Virus record (IMG/VR): IMGVR_UViG_3300033177_000258 | Source of the DNA: a virus | Taxonomy: Duplodnaviria > Caudoviricetes | Reading direction: 5' to 3' (one strand) | Length of the DNA stretch: 64,000 bases | In this document: piece by piece, positions 18,475 through 29,702 of the stretch | Layout of the letters: the number at the start of each line of letters is the position of its first letter | Numbering within the stretch: position 1 is the stretch's first letter | Program-made: the position numbers and the translations under genes | Notes under the pieces: model-generated | What the model saw: the letters and a program-made list of their open reading frames with translations, nothing else | What the model was told of the DNA's origin: nothing | Databases searched by the model: none

Positions 18475-18508
18475 AAAGGGCCCGCGCCTCTCGGCGCGGG
18501 CCCTTTTT
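18475..18508. terminator. bidirectional-type terminator closing the array
   Basis: AAAGGGCCCGCGCC-TCTC-GGCGCGGGCCCTTTTT between convergent units. Confidence 0.8.
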
Positions 18509-18512
18509 GTCT

Positions 18513-19574
18513 CTACTCCCAGACTGCCTCCTCCTCCGCTTCCTGCAGCGCCTCTTCCTGCCTCCACGCCTTCTCCTGCAGGACTTCCCACGAGACTGTC
18601 TGGATTCCGTGGACTCGCCTACGGTTGCGCATCTTGCCTTGCGGCTTGCTCAGCGGAACCTCCTCGTCAGTCCAAGTCCGCCCTCCGTCAAGGGACCTAC
18701 GGAACTTGATTGTACCCACCTCCGCCTCCGCCTCCGCCTTCTCCTGCAGGACCTCAGCGCGCTTTTCCTTGGCCTTTTCAATATACGCGTCGTAGAGGGC
18801 CCCGCCTCGCGTCTTGAACTCCTGCAGGACTTCGGCGACCCCTAGCCTCAGCGTCACGTATTCAGCGCAAGCCTCAGCGGTCACATCGGCGGAAACGTCC
18901 GGGTTTGTGAGGCAGGAGAGAAACAGCTCCATTGCTTGCCTCACTTTTACGAGGTACAGGACCACCTCGCACAAGGCCTCGCCGAAGGGCGAGTCTTGGC
19001 ACAGGTTACGGATAACCTGTGTCTTGCGCAGGATATTTCTCGGCTTGCCTGCGATGCCGTTTACCGCGCGACATGCGCGTATGTAAGCCTGCCCCCTCTT
19101 TCCCTCGTCGCTCAAGTCCTCGCCTCGTGAGGACTTTCCTCCACACCCTCTGTAACCAGCGAGGAGGCGAATGGTCTCGCCAAGGTCCTTGTCGGCGAGG
19201 TCTGCCGACTTTGCCACGAACTCCACTTCGGAAGCGAAGTCCTGTGACAAGGAGGGGACCGCCGTTAGGGCGAGGAACGCCGCCTTAATGCACGCGAGGA
19301 GGGAAGATGCCGTAAAGGTGCCACCCTCCCTCAGTTTTGCCTCAGTCCTTCGGAAGGCGCGGGAGGCGCGCTTCTTTTCCTCCCCCTCAAGGGCGCGGAG
19401 GGCGCGGAGTCCATCCCCACACCAAAGCGCCACAAGGTATGCTTTCGGATTCAGGATACCCTTCTGCCGTACCCCTTGCACGTACCCCTCTGGAGCGTCA
19501 GCATAGCGCGCTAGATGCTCGTTGCGATACTCATCTTGATACTGCTGCTGTGCCTTCATTGACTTCCCTTTCAT
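18513..19574 (-). CDS. 353-aa basic helical hypothetical protein
   Basis: Long ORF, lower GC3 than neighbours, own strong promoter. Confidence 0.75.
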   Translation of the reverse strand: MKGKSMKAQQQYQDEYRNEHLARYADAPEGYVQGVRQKGILNPKAYLVALWCGDGLRALRALEGEEKKRASRAFRRTEAKLREGGTFTASSLLACIKAAFLALTAVPSLSQDFASEVEFVAKSADLADKDLGETIRLLAGYRGCGGKSSRGEDLSDEGKRGQAYIRACRAVNGIAGKPRNILRKTQVIRNLCQDSPFGEALCEVVLYLVKVRQAMELFLSCLTNPDVSADVTAEACAEYVTLRLGVAEVLQEFKTRGGALYDAYIEKAKEKRAEVLQEKAEAEAEVGTIKFRRSLDGGRTWTDEEVPLSKPQGKMRNRRRVHGIQTVSWEVLQEKAWRQEEALQEAEEEAVWE

Positions 19575-19715
19575 GCGACAGGTGTAACGTCTTGCGAAAG
19601 GGAAACCATGCCTGCGCCAATAGCGCAGGAACGTCAGGTTTCTTGCGTATCTGCTATGCAGCAGGAGTGCGCCCTTCCTGCGTTGTCAAGGTGCCCTTGT
19701 TGCTTGAAACGCCTT

Positions 19716-19764
19716 ACCATACCACCATATCCGGCATTAGTCAAGACCTTTTTTTCAGTTTTTT
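19716..19764 (-). promoter_or_regulatory. sigma70-type promoter with A-tract UP element
   Basis: Minus strand TTGACT-N17-TATGGT preceded by AAAAAACTGAAAAAAA. Confidence 0.75.
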
Positions 19765-19935
19765 GGTGCACAGGATTGCGCGCATCATACGCGCAGGATA
19801 GCACGCAACGAAGTATAAACAGGTTATAGACCAGGGGCATTTATTCGTTGGAAACGACTCGCGCCCATTCTCAGACTATGGCACCCACGGACATAAAGCT
19901 AGCCCGTTTTTCGCCCAACCGATTCGGTTGCCTTC

Positions 19936-19964
19936 TTGACACGTTCTCCAAGAACCACTACCAT
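19936..19964 (+). promoter_or_regulatory. sigma70-type promoter
   Basis: TTGACA-N17-TACCAT. Confidence 0.7.
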
Positions 19965-19996
19965 GCCGGTTCATCGCAGCTCTCATCGAGGCACTC

Positions 19997-20488
19997 ATGT
20001 CTGAACACCCCAACCAAGTCCCTGGCTATCCCCCGTTCTTTGGCGAGCCCATCGAGGGCAAGGTACGCGTGGACGAACATGGCTATCCCGTCGTGTGCGT
20101 GCCGGCCACACGCTGGGGACCCGATGGCAAACGCAGAGGCAAACGCTACCGCAAGGTGCATCAGCTTGTCTGGGAGAAGCACTACGGGCCTTTGCCCCCT
20201 GGTTTCCACCTGCATCACATCAACCAGAACAAACTGGACTGGCGCCTGGAGAACTTGCGCTCGATGCCTCATGAAGAGCACATCAGTCTCCATCACTTCC
20301 TTGACCGCCAAGCTGGGGGTTGGGTCATGGGCGAGGATGGCGAATGGGCGGCCAAGCCCTGCAAGAAGTGCGAGAAGGTTCTCCCGTTGAGCGAGTTCTA
20401 CAAAGTCACTGGCACCGGCGTGCCCTTTGCCGAGTGCAAGCCTTGCTTTCGGGAGCGACAGGCGCAAAGAAGGGCGCAGAGCGCATAG
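19997..20488 (+). CDS. HNH endonuclease with C-terminal Zn ribbon
   Basis: VHQLVWEKHYGPLP..LHHINQNKLDWRLENL; CKKC..CKPC. Confidence 0.85.
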   Translation: MSEHPNQVPGYPPFFGEPIEGKVRVDEHGYPVVCVPATRWGPDGKRRGKRYRKVHQLVWEKHYGPLPPGFHLHHINQNKLDWRLENLRSMPHEEHISLHHFLDRQAGGWVMGEDGEWAAKPCKKCEKVLPLSEFYKVTGTGVPFAECKPCFRERQAQRRAQSA

Positions 20489-20516
20489 ATACCCCCTTTG
20501 GACCAGGGAGGTACCA

Positions 20517-20971
20517 ATGCGCCTACTCTTCATCACACTGCTGCTTGTTCTCTTCATCACCCCGTTGCACGCAGCCCAAGTCGAGTACCATGCCTGGAGC
20601 CTCCGGGGCGTCACCGTCTACGGCGCTGTCTGTTCTCCCCCCATTGACGCTCATCTGGCTATCGCCCAGGGCTCACGGCCCGGCCGGGGGCAGTGGGCGT
20701 CCGAGAACTTCTCCCACATGGTCCACCGCCTGGGACCCCAGGCCGCCATCTCCCACGCCAGTGGGCGCAGGCCGCCATCTCCCACGCCAGTGGGCGCAGA
20801 GGCATCCAGGCCGCCATCACCGCTGTCGAAGTCAGTGCCATGGGCGAGCTGCTCTTGCGCCTGACCAACGGGCGCTTCAAAGCCTACGCGGCCGGGACCT
20901 GGAAGACGGCCCAGTTCCACTCACCAACCGCCACCTTCATCGTCGTCAGCCAGGGAGCGGAGCCGGTATGA
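20517..20971 (+). pseudogene. secreted protein frameshifted by a 29-bp tandem duplication at 20739-20796
   Basis: Signal peptide MRLLFITLLLVLFITPLHA; removing one copy of CAGGCCGCCATCTCCCACGCCAGTGGGCG joins the frame ending at 20971. Confidence 0.65.
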
Positions 20972-21300
20972 CCGCCAACAACCTCAAGCACCTGTGCAAA
21001 CTGCTCACCAGGCTCGGCTACGAGTGCCACACGGCGGCTGTCTCCGTCCGCAGTCCGCTCCATGGGGTACAGTACCGGCACCAGCTCACGGTGCGCAGCC
21101 AGAACGAACCCCCGGCCGGCAAGTCGCGGGCCAGCATCACCCTGTACCTGATGGCGTGGGGCGGCGTGCGCATCGAGAGCGTCTATGCCCGGCTGCCGGC
21201 CCTCGGGTTTCCGGCCGATGCCGACCCCTACCGGGTCGTGGCCAAACTGCTGGACAAGCTGGACGAAGACGAGCGCTACCGGCGCGCGATTGGGGACTGA
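20968..21300 (+). CDS. hypothetical protein
   Basis: ATG overlaps upstream stop (ATGA). Confidence 0.7.
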   Translation: MTANNLKHLCKLLTRLGYECHTAAVSVRSPLHGVQYRHQLTVRSQNEPPAGKSRASITLYLMAWGGVRIESVYARLPALGFPADADPYRVVAKLLDKLDEDERYRRAIGD

Positions 21301-21305
21301 GTGCC

Positions 21306-21590
21306 ATGGAAGTCATCCTGCTCTGTCTCGTCTTGATGGGGGCTATCGGCATCCTGCTTGATGGCTGCGGCTGTCTCGTCAGCCTGTTCTTTGTCACCGC
21401 CATGTGCGGGCTGGGCAACGTGCTCGGCTACCCCTGGCTCGGGCTGTTTGCTGGCCTCGTGCTGCTGTGGTTCCTGCAGGGCTTCCTGCGCGCCCTGCTG
21501 AACCGGCCGGCGCCACCGAGCGTCCCTCCTTGCTCAAGGAGCGGATGCCCGTATGTACCGTCGCCCGCCTGTCGGGCCCGCAAGCGTTGA
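21306..21590 (+). CDS. membrane protein
   Basis: Three hydrophobic segments. Confidence 0.65.
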   Translation: MEVILLCLVLMGAIGILLDGCGCLVSLFFVTAMCGLGNVLGYPWLGLFAGLVLLWFLQGFLRALLNRPAPPSVPPCSRSGCPYVPSPACRARKR

Positions 21591-21882
21591 GCTGCCCGAG
21601 CTCCTCACGGCCCAGGCCCAGGGGCTCTTTGATGAACTGCTCGAACAGATGCTCCACGAGCTAATCGCCCACCCGCAGACCGACGACCGGATGCGCTACT
21701 GGGCCAGGGTCCTGCGCGCCACCCTCCATGACCACCTGCTGGACCTGGAGCGCCAGGCCGAGGAAATCGTCCTGCCCCATGTCACCGTAGACGTGTTCCG
21801 GCAGTACGAGCACTGGGTAGACATCGGCCTGTACTGGAGCGACACGCTCGACAGCCGGCAGCACCTGGAGCTGGTCAGATAG
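21553..21882 (+). CDS. hypothetical protein
   Basis: AAGGAG RBS, coding bias. Confidence 0.7.
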   Translation: MYRRPPVGPASVELPELLTAQAQGLFDELLEQMLHELIAHPQTDDRMRYWARVLRATLHDHLLDLERQAEEIVLPHVTVDVFRQYEHWVDIGLYWSDTLDSRQHLELVR

Positions 21883-21934
21883 ACGGTTGGTACAGATAGT
21901 TCATCGTGACCTCCTTTCACTCTCCTATCGAGTG

Positions 21935-21968
21935 GCCCGGCCGGCGGCAGTTGGCCGGGTTCTTTTTT
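21935..21968 (+). terminator. intrinsic terminator
   Basis: CCCGGCC..GGCCGGG-TTCTTTTTT. Confidence 0.75.
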
Positions 21969-22042
21969 CACCTCATCACCTGAACTGAAAGCGGTTGACA
22001 ATCACCTCATCGCCCAGCCCGCCAGGGATGGGGGGTCGGAGA

Positions 22043-22071
22043 TTGACAACAAGCTACGCATCTGGTACAAT
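22043..22071 (+). promoter_or_regulatory. near-consensus sigma70 promoter with no convincing downstream ORF
   Basis: TTGACA-N17-TACAAT. Confidence 0.75.
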
Positions 22072-22633
22072 GGACGTGGTTGAGAAAGAAACCCCCACTT
22101 GCCCGAGCCCTCCCCTTCCCCTGGAGGGCTTTGGCGTTTGTAGGGGTTAAGCGTAGAGTGGAGGATGGCTCTATTCTTCCCGACCTTCAACAAGCAGTTG
22201 TGTTGTGCCATCCGAGCCGAGCCCCCGCGCCAGGGGGCGAGCGAGGGCGAAACGTCCCTCGGGAGCCCCAGGTTTCGTAAAATCCCCTGTTTACGTAGAC
22301 AGAAACCCCACCATTTTGCGCAACCGTGGACCCTGTGAGCGTCGAAATCACTGTGAGAGCGTCGAAAAGAGCGTCTGTGGGGCCTATCAGGTCGCGAAAG
22401 CTACCTGTCGGAGCGCCAGGAAGCGCTCTGTGGTCGAAAAGTGGGCCAGATGGGCTCAGGGATGTTTGGGGGGCTGGAGAGAGTGGGGAGAAGCGTGTGG
22501 GGCTGAGAATGGGGGGTAGGAGAGAGTGGGGACGGAATGCCAGGTTTTGAAGGGGGACATGTCGCCCAGGAACGCGCGCGGCGCCACATTTCGGCGGCGC
22601 CGGCGCGTCTCCTGGATGGCACGGAGCGAACGG

Positions 22634-23063
22634 CTATGTGAAGCTCGCGAGCATGCGCTTGTGGAGCAGCTCAGCGACTTCCAGTATGGCATCACAGGCC
22701 ACCACGAGCGGCTCCATCGGCTCATTGCGGGGCGGGATGTTCTCCTTGGCGCGCTCCACGGCTTGACGGGCGTCCATCAGGATTTCCTCGGTGACGGCCA
22801 CGGCGCTGATTCCGGGCTGGAAGTCCTCATGGGTCACCTTGCCGTAGGTGACGAACCCGTAGCGCTTCTTCAGGCGCTCGCAGCGCGCGGCAGGTGGCCA
22901 GGGTATCATTGGGCCGGCCCATGTGGACCTCGATGCCGTCGCAACTGTACTCGGCGGCCAGGGCCTTGACTTCGGGGTCATCGCCGCCCTTGTAGGTGTC
23001 AGCCGGGCAGGAGTAGAGCAGGCCGCCGCTCTCGGTGTTGAAGATAAGCACGTGGTCTATCAT
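22634..23063 (-). pseudogene. hypothetical protein split by a one-base frameshift near 22885
   Basis: MIDHVLIFN..ATCR frame joins the ..CERLKKRYGF frame; removing one base gives CRAC (CxxC). Confidence 0.5.
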
Positions 23064-23482
23064 GATGATTCTCCGGGCGTGTAGGATGGTTGGAACTCGT
23101 CGGGCCGGTCATCGGCGACCCAACCGCATTGCCGGCAGCGGCTCTTGGCTCCGAAAACGTAGGGCCCGCCTTCGCTGGGAAAGGGCGAGAAGCGCACGAA
23201 CTCACTGTGCTGACAGCGCGGGCATTGGGCCGGTACGGGGATGTGACGGCAAACGCCAGTGGCCTCATTCTCGCAGGCCGAGCCCCAGAGGTTGCGGCCC
23301 GCCTCGTCAGTCGCTTCCCCCTCCAGGGTAAGAAAGAAGCGCGCGCGGCCAAGGGCTCCCGTGCGGGCGGCATCGTAGTCCCCGAACCGGAAGGGCTTCA
23401 CGCTTCTGGCGATGGGCCACGAACGCTGGTCGTTGGTTGAGACAAGGGCTGGCTGGGTCACGGCGTCTCCTTGGGCGGCCAT
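23060..23482 (-). CDS. Zn-ribbon hypothetical protein
   Basis: CPRC..CRQC. Confidence 0.7.
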   Translation of the reverse strand: MAAQGDAVTQPALVSTNDQRSWPIARSVKPFRFGDYDAARTGALGRARFFLTLEGEATDEAGRNLWGSACENEATGVCRHIPVPAQCPRCQHSEFVRFSPFPSEGGPYVFGAKSRCRQCGWVADDRPDEFQPSYTPGESS

Positions 23483-23880
23483 AGGTTCACGGCCTCGTAG
23501 GCTTCGACCTCTATGGGCGGGAAGCCCGAGCGACGCAAGACCGCCCAAAGCAAGTTCTGCCAAAAGACCTTCCAGGCCCCCTGCCGGCAGTGGAAGAGCT
23601 CGTGGGTCAAGGTGATTCCGAGCTGGTCGTCATCGAGCGCCAGAGCGGACGGCAGCAGGGTGATTCTTGGGGGCTGGCCCCACATTGAGAGCTTGGTGAT
23701 GGCGTGGGTGTCCTGCTCAAGCTGCTGGTCTTCCAGGTGGATGTCCAGCTCCTTGCGGAAGGACACCAGGTCGAGAGCCTTGCAGAGCAGCTTGGTGACC
23801 CGGTGGGCCACTTCATTGCCACCGTGGAACATGTGGTAGCAGGCGCCATCAGGACGGCAGACGATTTTGGTGAAGACCAC
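23458..23880 (-). CDS. small zincin-like metallopeptidase-domain protein
   Basis: LTHELFH (HExxH) plus downstream EVEAY. Confidence 0.7.
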   Translation of the reverse strand: MVFTKIVCRPDGACYHMFHGGNEVAHRVTKLLCKALDLVSFRKELDIHLEDQQLEQDTHAITKLSMWGQPPRITLLPSALALDDDQLGITLTHELFHCRQGAWKVFWQNLLWAVLRRSGFPPIEVEAYEAVNLWPPKETP

Positions 23881-23882
23881 GG

Positions 23883-24056
23883 CTACTCTCCCAGTGTATG
23901 TGCGCGTCGTACCTGCTCCTGTAGCGCGGCCGGATTAGGCGGGCCCGAGAGCAACATCCAAACGAGCAGAGCGACGACTGCAACGGCGGTGATGGTCCAG
24001 GGGCTGAGCCCCCACCAGATGGCCTCGACCGAGTGTTGCTCCCACCAGCGTCTCAT
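23883..24056 (-). CDS. small single-TM protein
   Basis: MRRWWEQHS..ITAVAVVALLVWMLL. Confidence 0.55.
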   Translation of the reverse strand: MRRWWEQHSVEAIWWGLSPWTITAVAVVALLVWMLLSGPPNPAALQEQVRRAHTLGE

Positions 24057-24154
24057 TGTCCGTTGTAGGCCCGGTCCAGCAGCTTATCAAGGTGTTCCAG
24101 CAGCTCTGGCAGTCTGCGCCGGCCGGGGCCATCCAGTCCAGCAATGTGGGGGCG

Positions 24155-24505
24155 CTACTGAGTGGCATCTGTGGGCTCCCCGAAGCGGGTGTTGGGCTTC
24201 ACGTCCAGGCCGATGAACTCGCCGGCCTCATCGAACTCGCCCACCAGGGTCATGCCCTTCTTGGCCAACAGGCCGTTGATGACGCCGATGGGGTGGAGCT
24301 CGAACAGCTTGGACATCGGGTCCTGCAAGAACGCGACTTCGAGGCCTTCGCCGCGCGCGGCCGCCGCGTCAAACTCCTCGACAATGCGCTCGGGCAGGTT
24401 GCGGATGAACTGGTGATGGAAGAGCATGTTGCCCAGGGCCTTGACCCAGCCCGCGCTGACCTTCCCGTACTCTGGCGCCGGTTGTATTGGCTTCTGCTGT
24501 TTCAT
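24155..24505 (-). CDS. hypothetical protein
   Basis: AGGAGA RBS, coding bias. Confidence 0.7.
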   Translation of the reverse strand: MKQQKPIQPAPEYGKVSAGWVKALGNMLFHHQFIRNLPERIVEEFDAAAARGEGLEVAFLQDPMSKLFELHPIGVINGLLAKKGMTLVGEFDEAGEFIGLDVKPNTRFGEPTDATQ

Positions 24506-24514
24506 GGCTGTCTC

Positions 24515-25360
24515 CTATTGCTGTGGTAGTGCGAACGTGATGCCGGGCTTCAGCCGAAACGCCACCCGGTCATTGAACCCCCCGCGCTCGGCGAGCTTCT
24601 TGTCGGCGGCGGCCACTACGTCGGCCTCCGCGAAACCAAACTCGCGCGCCAGCGAACGGATGACCTCGTACAGGTCTCCCAGCTCCGCGAGTTTGTCGTC
24701 TTTGCCGGGAGCCGAGATGACTTCCCTGGCCTCTTCGAGCAGCTTGTCTTGGAGCAACTGGCGCCAGGCGTGTGGGGAGCGGATGGCGATGATGTCGGCC
24801 AGGTGCAACTCGTTGCGCGCGGCAACGAGGCCAGGGATACCATCACGAACGGCCTTGAACGGAGGCTTGGGTTGGCACTCCGGCCGCAGGTAGAGCTCGT
24901 CTCGCACCATCATCAGGAGCTCGCCCATCCGGTTCTTGCCGGCGCCATCGCCGCCGTCACCCCAGTAGGCATCGCCCCAGGGGCTATGCTCCACGATGTC
25001 CTCGAAGCCCGTGGCCAGGAGCACCGCGCGGCAGTCCATGTCCAGCACGAACTTGTAGCGGAGACCCTTGAGCATCACGAGTTCCTTGACCGGGGCCTCG
25101 AAGCCGGTGAGCAGCTCCGTGGTGACGGTCTCCCAATCGTCGCGGATGACGTGGCACTCGCCGCGCACCAGGCGCTTGGCCTTGCCGGGGGTCTCGGCGT
25201 TCTGGATGATGCCGGCGTACATCGGGTCGTGGGGTATGAACTTCTGCGACTGGTAGTAGTGCTCCACGCTGGGATAGGACTCGCCATCAATGCGCAGCGA
25301 GACCGGGTGGAAGTTGGAGAGTACCGACCAGCGCGTGTCTTTGGAGTTGAACTGTATCAT
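24515..25360 (-). CDS. NADAR (YbiA-like) domain fused to MazG-like/PRA-PH-like NTP pyrophosphohydrolase
   Basis: LSNFHP..YPSVEHYYQSQKF..LLATG..EHSPWGDAYWG..GKNRMGELLMMVR; C-term VRDGIP..KLLEEARE..ELGDLYEV..ERGGF. Confidence 0.85.
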   Translation of the reverse strand: MIQFNSKDTRWSVLSNFHPVSLRIDGESYPSVEHYYQSQKFIPHDPMYAGIIQNAETPGKAKRLVRGECHVIRDDWETVTTELLTGFEAPVKELVMLKGLRYKFVLDMDCRAVLLATGFEDIVEHSPWGDAYWGDGGDGAGKNRMGELLMMVRDELYLRPECQPKPPFKAVRDGIPGLVAARNELHLADIIAIRSPHAWRQLLQDKLLEEAREVISAPGKDDKLAELGDLYEVIRSLAREFGFAEADVVAAADKKLAERGGFNDRVAFRLKPGITFALPQQ

Positions 25361-25587
25361 CCCTGTATCCTTCGCAGTAGTTCACGGTCTGGGTAGCGGT
25401 AGTTGGCGAGTGGGTCGTCCATCTTCTGGTAGCCCTGCTTGGCGCGGAGCCACACCTGGTACCCGTCATGCGGTTCGCAATACTCGCCGATGATGCGAAT
25501 CAGGTCGGTCACCTGGTACTGCCACTCCAGCGGCATTTCCTGCAGCAGGGGGCGCGGCAGCGCCAGGTAGCACTTGTACTGGGCCAT
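25357..25587 (-). CDS. hypothetical protein
   Basis: Overlaps the start of the NADAR gene; coding bias. Confidence 0.65.
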   Translation of the reverse strand: MAQYKCYLALPRPLLQEMPLEWQYQVTDLIRIIGEYCEPHDGYQVWLRAKQGYQKMDDPLANYRYPDRELLRRIQG

Positions 25588-25646
25588 CTGGCTGATGCGC
25601 TGCGGGATGCCGCCTTCGATGCCCTGTAGGCCCCACCTGTCCGGTT

Positions 25647-26135
25647 CTACTGGGCAGTGCCCCGCGATGAAGCGGTCGGCCAGTCCTCGATGGGGATGTC
25701 ATCGTGGACCCGCCTAATCGGCTCCACTTGGCCGCCATAGACGACGCCGGCGATTTCGCGCCCGAGACAGAAGAGCGCCTCGTCCAGAGGTTTGAGCATG
25801 AGAATGTCATGGCTCCCCGCCTGTGAGTGGCGGAACGCGCCACCACCAAGCATGGTGTTGGGAGCCGTGGGGTCGGCGAAGTCTGAAACCATCTGGAAGC
25901 GGCCACCCTGCGAGTATACGAAGGTGACCGCCCGCGCCGCGCGAACCTGCGGGGGCATCAACGGGTCGGCGCCGGGCATGGTCCGGGCTTCATCCAGTTC
26001 GAGGTAGATGCTGCTCTTGGCCACAACCTGCCCGGCGTCGTCGCGCCAGATATAGGCGTGAAGCGAGGTGCCCAGGTCGGGCAGGTGGCTATTGGAAAGG
26101 CAGGTGGGGGTGATTTTGGGGACCGTCTCGCTCAT
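25647..26135 (-). CDS. hypothetical protein
   Basis: AAGGA RBS before MSETVPK; promoter upstream. Confidence 0.7.
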   Translation of the reverse strand: MSETVPKITPTCLSNSHLPDLGTSLHAYIWRDDAGQVVAKSSIYLELDEARTMPGADPLMPPQVRAARAVTFVYSQGGRFQMVSDFADPTAPNTMLGGGAFRHSQAGSHDILMLKPLDEALFCLGREIAGVVYGGQVEPIRRVHDDIPIEDWPTASSRGTAQ

Positions 26136-26163
26136 GGTTTCATCCTTTGCTGTTGATGTGCTC

Positions 26164-26192
26164 AGTATATGCTTCTTGGAGAACCATGTCAA
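26164..26192 (-). promoter_or_regulatory. sigma70-type promoter
   Basis: Minus strand TTGACA-N17-TATACT. Confidence 0.75.
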
Positions 26193-26538
26193 TACATCAC
26201 ATCGCCGGTGCCCCGGAATGACGTGTGCTCTGGCACCGCCAACGACAGGCGTAGGCGGTAGCTTCTCACCCACACCTTGTCGTGATGCTGTGGTATCCCC
26301 AATTCCACGGCATGGATGGGGGTTGACCTGTGCTCGGCAATGACGGACGCCAGCACGTTGCCATCCCCGCAATACTGGCACTCCCCGCAAGTGCAGGTAG
26401 TGCGCTCGGCTAACGGCTTGAACCCACAGCAGACGCCTCACGTAGCAATAGGGCGTCCATAACCCGCTCCGGTAGGATGCGTCCGAACATGGCGTTCTTG
26501 GGTTGCGGCGGTAGAATCATCGCAGACATGGTGGCTAC

Positions 26539-29680
<3,142 letters not shown>

Positions 29681-29702
29681 TGCTGCAACTCCTTCCCCGG
29701 CG

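Noticed and set aside
26195-26535. Gene between ligA and the 26192 promoter
   Set aside because: Only short or start-less frames; no coherent CDS could be supported
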